Shown in pieces: positions 36,010 through 46,357 of a DNA stretch of 60,904 bases; within the stretch, counting starts at the first letter, position 1, and each line of letters starts with the position of its first letter. This stretch comes from Eubacteriales bacterium (GTDB taxonomy: Bacteria; Bacillota; Clostridia; Oscillospirales; CAG-272). Below the pieces are notes generated by a model. It had not been told where the DNA came from and searched no databases. It was given only the letters and a program-made list of their open reading frames with translations. Location of the stretch: the NCBI GenBank assembly GCA_045536775.1, contig JAZSOD010000093.1, positions 1-60,904 on the forward strand, read 5' to 3'. Position numbers and translations under genes: made by a program.

Positions 36010-37290
36010 ATGAAAGCACTTGAACTCAAAACAAAAATAAGCGAAAACGGTTTTAAGGATATCTTTACCGTGCTTTACGGCGAGGAAAACCTCGCCGCAG
36101 CAAATGCACGTTACATAAAAGCGGTAGACGAATTCTGCAAGGTGTTCGGCGCAGACCGCGACCTCGAGCTCTTCTCGGTTGCGGGAAGAAGCGAGATCTC
36201 GGGTAACCACACCGACCACAACTTCGGCAGAGTCATCGCCGCCTCCATCGACCTCGACATCATCGCAGTTGCGTCAAAGCGCGACGATATGATGATAAAC
36301 ATTAAGAGCGAGGGCTTCCCCATCGACGAGATCGACGTATCCGACCCCACTCCCGACGAAAAGAATTTCTACTCCTCGGGCTCGATAATCTCGGGTATGG
36401 TGCGCGGCTTCCTCAACAACGGCTACGCAGTCGGCGGCTACGACGCGTACACCACCTCCAACGTATTCAAGGGAAGCGGTCTTTCCTCGAGCGCGGCGTT
36501 TGAGGATATGGTAGGTAACATCTTAAACCACTTCTACAACGACGGCAAGGTTGAAAACCCCGAGATCGCCAAAATAGCTCAGTACGCGGAAAACGTGTTC
36601 TTCGGCAAGCCCTGCGGTCTTATGGACCAGACCGCGTGCGCGGTCGGCGGCTTCGTTGCCATCGACTTCAAGGACCCGAAGAACCCTGTCATCGAAAAGC
36701 TCGACTTTGACCTTACGGGTGCAGGCTATTCGCTTTGTATCGTAAACACGGGCGGAAACCACGCCGACCTCAACGATGACTACGCCTCCGTTCCTGCGGA
36801 AATGAAGGGTGTTGCGGCTCACTTCGGCAAGCCCGTTCTTCGCGAGGTAGAGGAAGCCGATATCATCGCGGCTATTCCCGAGCTTCGTGAAAAGTGCGGC
36901 GACCGCGCTATTATGCGTGCTCTCCACTTCGCAGAGGAAAACAAGAGAGTTGCGGCTCAGACCGAGGCGTTAAAGCGCGGTGACCTCGCAGGCTTCTTCG
37001 AGGGCGTTCACGCGTCGGGCAACTCCAGCTTTAAGTATCTCCAGAACGTATACACCACGAAGAACGTCACCGAGCAGGGACTTTCCCTCGCGCTCTGCCT
37101 TGCCGAAAGAGTGCTTACGGGACGCAACGCCGCTTGGCGTGTTCACGGCGGCGGCTTTGCGGGAACTATTCAGGCATTCATAAAGAACGAGGACATCGCC
37201 GACTTCAGACGTGTTCTTGACGGCGCGTTCGGCGAGGGTGCAACAACTGTGCTCAAGGTTCGTCCCTTCGGCGCTATAAAGGTATCGTAA
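36010..37290 (+). CDS. galK: Galactokinase family (GHMP kinase)
   Basis: Galactokinase signature GRSEISGNHTDH and GHMP ATP-binding motif GSGLSSSAAFE. Confidence 0.8.
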   Translation: MKALELKTKISENGFKDIFTVLYGEENLAAANARYIKAVDEFCKVFGADRDLELFSVAGRSEISGNHTDHNFGRVIAASIDLDIIAVASKRDDMMINIKSEGFPIDEIDVSDPTPDEKNFYSSGSIISGMVRGFLNNGYAVGGYDAYTTSNVFKGSGLSSSAAFEDMVGNILNHFYNDGKVENPEIAKIAQYAENVFFGKPCGLMDQTACAVGGFVAIDFKDPKNPVIEKLDFDLTGAGYSLCIVNTGGNHADLNDDYASVPAEMKGVAAHFGKPVLREVEEADIIAAIPELREKCGDRAIMRALHFAEENKRVAAQTEALKRGDLAGFFEGVHASGNSSFKYLQNVYTTKNVTEQGLSLALCLAERVLTGRNAAWRVHGGGFAGTIQAFIKNEDIADFRRVLDGAFGEGATTVLKVRPFGAIKVS

Positions 37291-37727
37291 TGAAGAACGG
37301 CTCTGTCAAGGATGCCGACCCGAAGCAGAAAGCAAACGCAAAGCGGGCAATAACGATCATGCTTCTCTGTATCCTCTTTCTCGCAGTCTACTTTACGGTA
37401 ATGTCGTTTGAGATTGCAAGCGGATACAAAACCAGCGTGATAATGCAGGTGTACGCGTATGCGGACGCCGTACTCTTGTTTGCTTTTCTTATTCTCAATC
37501 TCGGCTTCACAAGCGGAAAAATGACGGCGGATATGTTTTCAAGCGAGCTTTCACGCGAGCAGGCAGAACGCCGCGCGAAAGCCATAAACCGCAACAAGGA
37601 TATTGCGAGGAATCTCCTATATCTTATAATCCCCATCACATTCACGCTGTTTGCAGACGTACTGCTTCTTTTCTGGGGCGATAAGCTCTCGGCTATGCTC
37701 CAAGGACTTACGTCTGTATTTAAGTAA
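37290..37727 (+). CDS. Hypothetical membrane protein
   Basis: Three or four TM helices; ATG overlaps the galK stop (TAATG). Confidence 0.55.
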   Translation: MKNGSVKDADPKQKANAKRAITIMLLCILFLAVYFTVMSFEIASGYKTSVIMQVYAYADAVLLFAFLILNLGFTSGKMTADMFSSELSREQAERRAKAINRNKDIARNLLYLIIPITFTLFADVLLLFWGDKLSAMLQGLTSVFK

Positions 37728-37734
37728 AAATATA

Positions 37735-37866
37735 AAGCCTCCCTTGTGCAAAGGGAGGTGGCACGGCAAAGCCGTGACGGAGGGATTGTATTTAGCTCCC
37801 CTTTCAGAAAAACAACCCCTCAGTCAGCGTTGCTGACAGCTCCCCTTGCACAGGGGAGCCATACGG
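37735..37866. repeat. Intergenic repeat block: A(+) and A(-) modules head to head
   Basis: A(+) at 37737-37788 (cctccctt/aagggagg, cacggc-aaa-gccgtg, ggaggg) and its mirror A(-) at 37793-37860; related to 34286-34425 and 60842-60893. Confidence 0.85.
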
Positions 37867-37902
37867 CAATATTTTTTCTGATTTCTTAAAGGATAACACA
37901 AA

Positions 37903-38709
37903 ATGTCTGAATTCAGGGCTTTTACCCTATTTTCCGGGTCAAGCGGCAACTGCACCTACGTAAAGGCAGGTGACGTTGAGCTTCTCATCGACGCGGGCGT
38001 TTGCGAAAGGGCTATCGCCGCCTCGCTCGCGTCTATCGGTACCACGCTTGACAATATATCTCATATTTTTGTAACCCACGATCACACGGACCACACACGC
38101 GGTCTTGAGGTAGTCTGCAAAAAGCACTCGCCCACGGTGCACATCACCGAAGGCTCTGCCCGCGTAACTGTTGACGCAGACAAAACTCCTCACCTGTGCG
38201 AAAGAGCTCTCATCCACCCGCTGAGCTTTACGGTAGAGCTCGGCGACGTGACGATATCGTCGTTTGCGACACCGCACGACAGCGCCGCCTCGGTCGGCTA
38301 CGTTATCGAGTACAGGGGCTACAAGCTCGGCTTTGCTACCGACGTCGGTCACGTCACCGACACGGTCAGAGAAAATCTTCTTGGTTCAAACGCCGTCGTT
38401 CTCGAGTCAAATCACGATCCCGAGATGCTTATTGAGGGGCCATACCCCGACTTTCTCAAGCGCAGAATACTGTCGGACAAGGGGCATCTTTCAAACGACT
38501 GTGCCGCCGAGCTTGCGGCGTATCTTGCCGAAAACGGCACCGATCGCTTTGTTCTCGCTCACCTCAGTGAGCAGAACAATATTCCCGAGCTTGCGTTCGC
38601 GTCTACCCTCTCGGCGCTCGGTGATATCGAAGCAAGAGGCATTCGCCTCGCAGTAGCCGAAGCGGACTCGCCCACCATGCTCGTGAATTTCACGCGGAGG
38701 GAAAAATGA
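37903..38709 (+). CDS. MBL-fold metallo-hydrolase (YycJ-like)
   Basis: HxHxDH motif THDHTDHTRG; 268 aa. Confidence 0.8.
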   Translation: MSEFRAFTLFSGSSGNCTYVKAGDVELLIDAGVCERAIAASLASIGTTLDNISHIFVTHDHTDHTRGLEVVCKKHSPTVHITEGSARVTVDADKTPHLCERALIHPLSFTVELGDVTISSFATPHDSAASVGYVIEYRGYKLGFATDVGHVTDTVRENLLGSNAVVLESNHDPEMLIEGPYPDFLKRRILSDKGHLSNDCAAELAAYLAENGTDRFVLAHLSEQNNIPELAFASTLSALGDIEARGIRLAVAEADSPTMLVNFTRREK

Positions 38710-39185
38710 ATATTCATATTATTTGTGTCGGCGCACCCAAGGAAAGCTTTTTCGTTGAGGCAGCCGCGGAGTACGAAAAACGGCTTAAGGCTTACTGCAA
38801 GGTAAATACCGTTCAGATAAAGGACGAACGCCTCTCCGACAAGCCGTCGGAGGCGGAAATTTCCGCCGCGCTCAAGAAGGAGGGAGAGAGGATCCTCGCC
38901 GCGCTTCCCTCTCGCGCTTACAAAATTGCTATGTGCGTTGAGGGCAAGCAGATGCCGAGCGAAAAATTCGCAGATATGTTGCATAACGCCGCAAATAACG
39001 GCTTCTCGGACGTCGCCTTCGTAATCGGCGGCTCGTTCGGTCTCCACGAGGACGTTAAGGCAGCCTGCGACTACCGACTCTCAGTATCACAGATGACCTT
39101 CCCTCACCGTATGATGAAATTTATTCTCCTCGAACAGATCTACCGCGCTATGAACATTCTCGGCGGCGGTAAATACCATAAGTGA
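38706..39185 (+). CDS. rlmH: 23S rRNA (pseudouridine1915-N3)-methyltransferase
   Basis: SPOUT family, 159 aa, FVIGGSFGL motif; overlaps the upstream stop (ATGA). Confidence 0.9.
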   Translation: MNIHIICVGAPKESFFVEAAAEYEKRLKAYCKVNTVQIKDERLSDKPSEAEISAALKKEGERILAALPSRAYKIAMCVEGKQMPSEKFADMLHNAANNGFSDVAFVIGGSFGLHEDVKAACDYRLSVSQMTFPHRMMKFILLEQIYRAMNILGGGKYHK

Positions 39186-39475
39186 GGTTGGCTTTACGGT
39201 CGGGACGCCCCGACAGGCAAATAGCGCGTGAGGTATAGGAGTAAGCGAGGTATCAACCCATACCGCCAACATTGGTGGAAATTTGAACGGGAGGGAAAAC
39301 CCCTCCCCTACAAGATGTTTCCAAATCTCTTGTAGGGGACGACGGTCTACTGCGACTCGGTCACACCTCGGCTCTGATATGCCCCCGGCATATCATTCAC
39401 TCCCTCGGCGCCGCTTCGCTACCTCGACGTCCCGTAAAAACAAACGATTTCGTCAAATCAAAATCAGTTCATACT
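39186..39475. repeat. Intergenic mosaic repeat block (R1 part, inverted R2 parts, inverted R4)
   Basis: 39198-39262 resembles the R1 3' part; 39262-39335 is the inverted R2 3' part; 39351-39423 is inverted R4; 39428-39460 is the inverted R2 5' part. Confidence 0.85.
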
Positions 39476-39594
39476 CCAACGAAAAACATTTTTTCATCTT
39501 TTTCTATTTACATCCCCCCCTTAAATGTGTTATCATTAACCAAACGGAAAACTCCGTTTGACTAAATCTTCTTTATACACACGGGAGGAAAGAT

Positions 39595-41253
39595 ATGGAA
39601 AGGTTTGTAAGCAGATACGAAGACGTCTGTGCCACAGACAAGAAAGCTTTTCTTGACAAAAATGAGCTTTTGCAAAAAGCTCCGGATGACATTATCGAAA
39701 AACTCGAAGCAGAGTTTGAAAAAAGGAAGACGGCTATACTTAACACCGAGAGCAAGTGGGAGCTTGGTGCTGGCGGATACGTTCGTTACATCTCTATGAC
39801 CGAGGGCGACGACTCAAGCGACGGCCTCACACCAGAGACCGCATGGAAGACCATCGACAAGCTTCACGCGGCTCAGAAGGCGAAAACCGTCAGAGCAGGC
39901 GACGTAGTCCTCTTTAAGCGCGGAGATGAATGGCACCAGAAGCTCAAGTGCGCGGAGGGTGTTACCTTCTCAGCTTACGGCGAGGGCAGAAAGCCCCGTA
40001 TTCTCGGCTCGACAGAGGCTGACCGCCCTGACCAATGGCTTGAAACCGACATCCCTAATATATATAAATTCAGCAAAACAGTCTGTTGTCTAAATCCCGC
40101 GGGGAACAACATTCGTTGCAAAGGTGACGTTGGAAACATCGTTTTCAACGACGGAGAATGCTACGGCATGAGAGTTATCAAAGACGTGAACAAGGATATC
40201 ACTCTCCACGCAGGAAGCGATCACCTCGTTTCAAACGGCATAAAAACGTGGCTCTTCCCCCCTCGCGAGTTTGCAAGTTATAAGGACCTCGCGAAGATCG
40301 CAGCCGACATTCCCGAAGCTGACCTTATGTACTACGAAAGCCTCGAAACAGGCGAGCTTTTCCTCTACTCGCGCGAAGGCAACCCCGGCAAGCGCTTCTG
40401 GTCCGTCGAGCTTTGTACTCACGAAAACGCGCTTCACGCGTGCTCAAACGTAACCATCGACAACCTCTGCATCAAATACACGGGCTCGCACGGCGTTGGT
40501 GCAGGCTCGTCGAAAAATCTCACCGTACGCAACTGCGAGATAGGCTTTATCGGCGGTGCTATTCAGTATATCACCCCCAAGGGTGGGATCGTCCGCTATG
40601 GTAATGCCGTTGAGATCTACGGAAAAGCTAACGGTTTCTACGTTTACAATAACTATATGTACCAGTGCTTCGACTGCGGACCGACAGCACAGTGGTCGGG
40701 AGCTCTCACCGAGGGCAAGCAACTAATTTCGAGAGACGTTCACTTCTACGACAACGTACTGCGCGAGGCATCGCTCGAGGTTTGGTATTCCACTCGCTCG
40801 GAAATCACGGACAACACCTACTGCAAGCTTATAAACTGCCGTATGTACAACAATATGGTAACGGGCTCGGGTACCGGCTTCAAGGCTTACAACCACCAGA
40901 AGTACGAATGGTGTTCATTCTACGGCGGTCCCGCAACCAACGCACCCTACATCGACTGCTATATGGAGGACAACTACTTCTGGGGCGAGCGCCGTCATCT
41001 TATGAAATGCGTTCCTACCACCACGATGAAGGACCACGGATTCATCTGGCAGAACAACGTGATAATTCACCCGAAGGACGAGGGCTCTATCGGTCTTCTC
41101 GGCGAAGACTTCGCGAGTGGCAGCGGACGTAACGTTCAGTACTTCTATGATGAAGAAACTCTCAAAATGCTTGTTGACGCAGGCACGTTTGGCTTTAACT
41201 ACTTCTACTATACACCGGGAGACAAGGCAAACAAGCGTTATTTCATCGGTTAA
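39595..41253 (+). CDS. Hypothetical protein, probable right-handed parallel beta-helix fold
   Basis: No signal peptide; periodic N/G/C-containing repeats (NVTIDNLCIKYTGSHGVGAGSSKNLTVRNCEIGFIGG) typical of pectate-lyase-like beta-helices. Confidence 0.45.
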   Translation: MERFVSRYEDVCATDKKAFLDKNELLQKAPDDIIEKLEAEFEKRKTAILNTESKWELGAGGYVRYISMTEGDDSSDGLTPETAWKTIDKLHAAQKAKTVRAGDVVLFKRGDEWHQKLKCAEGVTFSAYGEGRKPRILGSTEADRPDQWLETDIPNIYKFSKTVCCLNPAGNNIRCKGDVGNIVFNDGECYGMRVIKDVNKDITLHAGSDHLVSNGIKTWLFPPREFASYKDLAKIAADIPEADLMYYESLETGELFLYSREGNPGKRFWSVELCTHENALHACSNVTIDNLCIKYTGSHGVGAGSSKNLTVRNCEIGFIGGAIQYITPKGGIVRYGNAVEIYGKANGFYVYNNYMYQCFDCGPTAQWSGALTEGKQLISRDVHFYDNVLREASLEVWYSTRSEITDNTYCKLINCRMYNNMVTGSGTGFKAYNHQKYEWCSFYGGPATNAPYIDCYMEDNYFWGERRHLMKCVPTTTMKDHGFIWQNNVIIHPKDEGSIGLLGEDFASGSGRNVQYFYDEETLKMLVDAGTFGFNYFYYTPGDKANKRYFIG

Positions 41254-41302
41254 AAGCGATTTATAAGTTATATCAATAGCACTGACGTGCTTTGACCGAC
41301 AC

Positions 41303-41335
41303 AAAAAAAGGAAGCGGAAAATCCGCTTCCTTTCT
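41303..41335. terminator. Bidirectional terminator
   Basis: Stem ggaagcgg/ccgcttcc flanked by A7 and a T-rich tract between convergent genes. Confidence 0.75.
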
Positions 41336-41345
41336 AATTTTGATT

Positions 41346-43004
41346 TTACGGTTCAAGTGCGTCGGGGAAGAGGTCGAAGAACCACTCGTTGTATTGATAT
41401 GCAAGACTTCCGGCTTCGGTGAACGAAATATAGCCTGATATCGTTTCGTCTACCTTGAGCTCTGCAATCGCATTTGCAAGCCAAGCATCAAACTGTGCGT
41501 AAGAAACGTTTTCAAGCTCTGCAAAATACTTAGCACTTATGTCTGCAACTGCCTGAATGCTCTCTGCGCTTATAAGGTCTTCATATACGAAACCGAAGTA
41601 AGGGGCGTCTCTGAGCTCAAGGTTCTGAGCCTTGCAGTCCTCCCAAACGGTAGGATACGAGCCCTCGGGCGGATATGCGATGAACATATTTCCTGTGTGC
41701 TCAAGCTTCATATCATAATCGTCGTTTATCTTAACTACAACTCCGTCAACGTCGCGCTTATAGTGAACTCCCTCTATACCGTAACCGAAGATGTTGCGAA
41801 GCTCCTCGTCGGTGTTGATCGCGGTGAGTATCTGCATAGCTCTCGAAAGATCTTTAGTGTACGCGGAGATAGCGAACATATCGTTGTAGATGGAATTGTC
41901 AACGTAGGGCTTCTGGAGAACCTTTACGTCGTACTGTTCTGCATACTTCGCAGCATCTGCCGCGTTACCGCGGATAACGCCTACTGCGAATTCGCCAATG
42001 TCTGCCGTTCCGTCACCGAGGTAACCGAAGGACTCGTACTTCTTAAGAAGTCTGAGATGGTCAACATACGCGTTGGACTGGAATATAATTCTCGGAACAC
42101 CGTATGCGTTTGCGTTCTTGTATGCAGAGGTGGAAAGCGCGTTACCTACTACCGAGGGCTTACCGTCGGGAGTAAAGAACTGTACTCCGAGGCATTCAAA
42201 TTCGCCGAGGACAGGAACTATGCCGGGCTCATTTCTGCCGATGTCCATAATGAACTCATCTGCCATTTCAAACTGTGTTATAGAGTCGGTATCGTAATAA
42301 TACTTGTCCATAAGAGCCTTGTTGAGAAGGAGATAAGTATATTCGCCTACAGGCTTGTTGTTGATGACCGCATAGTTAATACCGTCGAGCTTGGTCGCGT
42401 CAAGAATGTTGGGATGGATATAAGTCTTAAGCTTCTTGCCCGTTGTGCCGAGCTCGCTGTCGAGCATGGAGAGGTGCTCCTCGCTAACGTACTTAAGATA
42501 TGTATCGTAATCGGGAATATAGAAGATATCAAGCTGATCGTCTTCAACCTCGGGATAAACTATCTCGGGGATACCGATCTCGTTCAGAACCGTTACGTCC
42601 TCGTAAACCGTTTCCTCTTCCTCTTCTTCAAATACAAGTCCGAGAAGCTTATCAAGGGTTACCTTGTTTTCTTCAGCCTCTCTCTTTGCCTGTATCTCAG
42701 AAACCTCTAAGATACGCGCTTCAAGAGCCTCTATGTACTCGTCCTCGGTAAAGAGGTTAAGCTTGATGTTGGTCTTGAAGTCCGCCTTTGTTTTCTCGCT
42801 CATTGCCGCTTCAACGAGAGCAACCGCCTCATCGGTGGTGTTTTCTCCCTTTATGCCCCACAGCGTTATGGTCATCGCGTGAGTTGTAGTATCACCCTCG
42901 TTAAACTCAAGAGTTTTGTCAATTTCCTCTTCTCCGCAAGCAGTTACGAAAACCGTCGCAAGAAGAACGAGGGCTAAAAGTAAGCATTGTAATCTCTTTT
43001 TCAT
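41346..43004 (-). CDS. Extracellular solute-binding lipoprotein (ABC transporter family 1, large type)
   Basis: Lipobox LLATVFVTACG; 552 aa; no permease genes adjacent; strongly biased codon usage. Confidence 0.65.
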   Translation of the reverse strand: MKKRLQCLLLALVLLATVFVTACGEEEIDKTLEFNEGDTTTHAMTITLWGIKGENTTDEAVALVEAAMSEKTKADFKTNIKLNLFTEDEYIEALEARILEVSEIQAKREAEENKVTLDKLLGLVFEEEEEETVYEDVTVLNEIGIPEIVYPEVEDDQLDIFYIPDYDTYLKYVSEEHLSMLDSELGTTGKKLKTYIHPNILDATKLDGINYAVINNKPVGEYTYLLLNKALMDKYYYDTDSITQFEMADEFIMDIGRNEPGIVPVLGEFECLGVQFFTPDGKPSVVGNALSTSAYKNANAYGVPRIIFQSNAYVDHLRLLKKYESFGYLGDGTADIGEFAVGVIRGNAADAAKYAEQYDVKVLQKPYVDNSIYNDMFAISAYTKDLSRAMQILTAINTDEELRNIFGYGIEGVHYKRDVDGVVVKINDDYDMKLEHTGNMFIAYPPEGSYPTVWEDCKAQNLELRDAPYFGFVYEDLISAESIQAVADISAKYFAELENVSYAQFDAWLANAIAELKVDETISGYISFTEAGSLAYQYNEWFFDLFPDALEP

Positions 43005-43251
43005 TTTGCCAAAAATCCTCCATTGGGTACTATAGCGAAAATACCCATAAAATTACTATTATATTTTACAACAAAAACATTCCTGTGTCAAGGACGAATT
43101 TTATCAAAAAGCATCTGTTTTCACCGCATTCGGCAATGTGACGAAAAGGCGGCTCGTGTTTTGTGCAACTCGGACATAAAACCGTGCTGATTTACCGCTT
43201 TTTGACCCTTTTGCTTTTTGAAAACATTTCGTGAACAAGCACGAAATTCTC

Positions 43252-44367
43252 TTATTCAAGGAAGTCCTTGAGCTTTTTGGAGCGCGTGGGATGACGGAGC
43301 TTACGCAAAGCCTTCGCTTCTATCTGTCGGATACGCTCACGCGTTATCTTAAACTCCTTACCGACCTCCTCAAGAGTACGCTGACGTCCGTCAACGAGTC
43401 CGAAACGGAGCTTGAGCACGAGCGCCTCGCGGGGAGTGAGTGTGTCGAGCACGCTCTGGATAGCCTCCTTGAGAAGCGCGTGTGACGCCGCTTCTGCGGG
43501 GGCGGGGGAGTCGTCGTCCTGAATGAAGTCGCCGAGGTGAGTGTCCTCCTCCTCACCGACGGGTGTTTCAAGCGACACTGGGTCCTGTGCTATCTTCATT
43601 ATCTCACGCACCTTTTCGGGCGTGGTGTTCATTCTTTCCGCTATCTCCTCGGGAGTAGCCTCGTGGCCGAGCTCCTGAAGAAGCTGTCTTGAATAACGTG
43701 ATACCTTGTGTATAGTCTCGACCATGTGTACGGGAATTCGTATGGTTCTCGCCTGATCTGCGATCGCACGGGTTATCGCCTGTCTTATCCACCAGGTCGC
43801 GTAGGTCGAGAACTTATAGCCCTTGGTATAGTCGAACTTTTCGACCGCCTTCATAAGACCGAGGTTGCCTTCTTGGATAAGATCGAGGAAGAACATTCCC
43901 TTTCCGACGTATCTCTTTGCTATACTTACAACGAGTCTGAGGTTGGCTTCGACAAGCTTCTTCTTTGCTATCTCAGCTCCCGCGCCGACTTCTCCCATCT
44001 TTATGGCGAGCGCCTGCTCGGTCTCCATATCGAGAAGGTCTACCTTGCCTATCTCCTTGAGATACATTCTTACAGGGTCGTCGATGGAAAGTCCCTCCTG
44101 AAGAAGCATCTTTTCCATTTCCTCGGCACTCTCGTAGGTCTCAACGTCATCCTCCTCGTCGAGATTCGTAGGCTCGTCGTCAAGGTAGCTTATTTCAATT
44201 CCGTTGCTTTCAAGCTCCTCGTAGATCTTGTCGATAGTGTCTATCTCAAGCGTTTCCTCGGGAAACGCCTCGAGTATCTCTGCACTTGAAAGCGTGCCCT
44301 TTACCTTTCCCTTTTCAATGAGCTCCTGCAAGTTCTGCTCGCGGCTCTTTTCAGGTGTCTTTTCCAT
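43252..44367 (-). CDS. rpoD: RNA polymerase sigma factor RpoD/SigA
   Basis: Region 2-4 motifs [27 protein letters not shown] and [24 protein letters not shown]. Confidence 0.95.
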   Translation of the reverse strand: MEKTPEKSREQNLQELIEKGKVKGTLSSAEILEAFPEETLEIDTIDKIYEELESNGIEISYLDDEPTNLDEEDDVETYESAEEMEKMLLQEGLSIDDPVRMYLKEIGKVDLLDMETEQALAIKMGEVGAGAEIAKKKLVEANLRLVVSIAKRYVGKGMFFLDLIQEGNLGLMKAVEKFDYTKGYKFSTYATWWIRQAITRAIADQARTIRIPVHMVETIHKVSRYSRQLLQELGHEATPEEIAERMNTTPEKVREIMKIAQDPVSLETPVGEEEDTHLGDFIQDDDSPAPAEAASHALLKEAIQSVLDTLTPREALVLKLRFGLVDGRQRTLEEVGKEFKITRERIRQIEAKALRKLRHPTRSKKLKDFLE

Positions 44368-44411
44368 ATTTCCTCCGTTTTGTATGTATCACCGCAAAAG
44401 CGGCTTATTTT

Positions 44412-46187
44412 TTATTCCTCTGACCGAGCGCGTCTGCGCTTCTCTTCAAGAATCTTCTGTATTTCGTCAAGTCCGCCGTCGCCGCTCTGCTTTTCACCCT
44501 TGAGGCGCTCGATGGCATCCTTTAATATGTCCTCGCCGTTGCTTTTCAGACGCTCTCGGCGAAGCCTCATTTCGATTATTCTACCCATTTCATCGGGATT
44601 AAACGCCTCTCCGAGCATTCCTATCTCGAATTTTCCCGTTTCATCGGTGGATTCGAGCGTCAGCTCAAACACCTTTTTGCCGAACGAGGTGAAAAAGTCC
44701 TCGCTGACAAGAGGTATCCTGCCACTCTTTATCGCTACCGTGTACTCCGGAAACAGAAGCATAAGTCCGAGAATGGTCTCCTCTGCCGCCGCAGCCGTCT
44801 TGTTCTTCACCGCGTCGGTATTTATCCTGTCGCCGAATCCTGCAGTCTTGATATAGACCTGTCTGCCCGTTTCCCTCTTTTCCTCACGGCTTTTGCGTCT
44901 TCTCGCCTTCTCCGCGTCCGCTTTAAGACTGTCTGAGCTGACTCCGAGCCGTTTTGCCGCCGCAGCTATCGCAAGATCTTTTTCGACGCTCGAGTAGATG
45001 TCCGCAAGCATGGTACATACCTCTGCGCTTGCGCGTATCTTGTCGTCGGGCTTGGCAAGATCGTATTTTTTTAGTATGGTTTCAAGTCGGAAGTCTAACC
45101 GTGACGCGCTGTTTTCAAGAAGGTTTCTGAACTTGGCGGGACCCGCGTCACCGTTCTTCTTTATAAATTCGTCGGGGTCCTTTGCGCCTATAACTCTCAG
45201 AACGCGTCCGTCTATGCCGACCTCGTTAAGCAGGGTAAGCGCCTTGGTTGCGGCTTTCTGACCTGCTTCGTCCGTGTCGTACGATACGACCACGTTCTTG
45301 GTATATTTCGCCATTAACCGCGCCTGCTCGGGAGTTATCGCGGTACCGAGTGTGGCAACCGCGTTTTCAAAGCCCGCCGAATGAAGCGCGATGACGTCCA
45401 TATAGCCCTCGCAGAGAATAAGCCTCTCCGACGCGTTGTTCTTTGCAAAATTAAGTGCAAACAGGTTGCGGCTCTTTTTGAATACGGGGGTATCGGACGA
45501 GTTTAGGTATTTCGGTGTGGAATCGTCAAGGACTCGTCCGCCAAACGCGATGATATTGCCCGAAACGTCGATTATCGGGAACATTACGCGGTTTCTGAAC
45601 ATATCAAAGGTCCTGCCCGTCTTTTTGCTGACTCCGCACAGGAAGCCTGCCACCATTTCGTCATCGGTGTAGCCGAGTCCGCGGAGGTGGTCGCTCAGGG
45701 CGTTAAACGAGTCGGGCGCAAAGCCAAGGCCGAAGCGGCTGACTATTGCGTTCGGGAGGGCGCGTTTACCATAGATGTATTCGCGCGCCGCCTTGCCGAC
45801 CTTCTCGTCACGCAAGGATCTGTGGAAAAATCTCGCCGCGTCCCTGTTCATGGCAAGCAGCTTTTCGCGTCGGATCCCCTCTCGCTCCTCTTCGGGTGTC
45901 TGAGGAATGGTAATTCCCGCGCGCTTAGCGAGGAATTCGACCGCCTGAACGTAGGTGAGGTTTTCCGACCTCATTATGAACGTAATAACGTCGCCGCCTG
46001 CACCGCAACCGAAGCAGTAGAAGCTTTTGGATGCCCTGAAAACCGTAAATGACGGCGTTTTTTCACTGTGGAAGGGGCAAAGTCCGTTGAAATTTGACCC
46101 TGCTCGCTTCAGAGTGACGTATGATGAAATGACGTCTTCGATATCACTTCTGAATTTGATTTCTTCGATAATTTCGGGTGAGATCAA
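44412..46187 (-). CDS. dnaG: DNA primase
   Basis: Zinc-ribbon CPFHSEKTPSFTV...CFGCGAGGD, TOPRIM domain (LCEGYMDVIAL); upstream of rpoD as in the classical operon. Confidence 0.95.
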   Translation of the reverse strand: MISPEIIEEIKFRSDIEDVISSYVTLKRAGSNFNGLCPFHSEKTPSFTVFRASKSFYCFGCGAGGDVITFIMRSENLTYVQAVEFLAKRAGITIPQTPEEEREGIRREKLLAMNRDAARFFHRSLRDEKVGKAAREYIYGKRALPNAIVSRFGLGFAPDSFNALSDHLRGLGYTDDEMVAGFLCGVSKKTGRTFDMFRNRVMFPIIDVSGNIIAFGGRVLDDSTPKYLNSSDTPVFKKSRNLFALNFAKNNASERLILCEGYMDVIALHSAGFENAVATLGTAITPEQARLMAKYTKNVVVSYDTDEAGQKAATKALTLLNEVGIDGRVLRVIGAKDPDEFIKKNGDAGPAKFRNLLENSASRLDFRLETILKKYDLAKPDDKIRASAEVCTMLADIYSSVEKDLAIAAAAKRLGVSSDSLKADAEKARRRKSREEKRETGRQVYIKTAGFGDRINTDAVKNKTAAAAEETILGLMLLFPEYTVAIKSGRIPLVSEDFFTSFGKKVFELTLESTDETGKFEIGMLGEAFNPDEMGRIIEMRLRRERLKSNGEDILKDAIERLKGEKQSGDGGLDEIQKILEEKRRRARSEE

Positions 46188-46189
46188 TG

Positions 46190-46357
46190 AACCTTCCTCC
46201 TTTCTGCGGTAACCGGGAGGAGCAAGCCCCTCCCCTACGGTGCAAATTCAAATCTCTTGTAGAGGCGACCATCGGTCGTCCGTTTGCGATGAAATTTGAC
46301 ATATAATATTTGTTTTTGGGTCGCCTTTTTTCAAAAAGGCGTAAAGCCAACCAAGCT
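46190..46357. repeat. Intergenic repeat block (caaatctcttgtag module + B hairpin)
   Basis: 46248-46268 matches 33427-33450 and 39322-39340; AT-core hairpin cgccttttt-tc-aaaaaggcg at 46322-46341. Confidence 0.8.
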
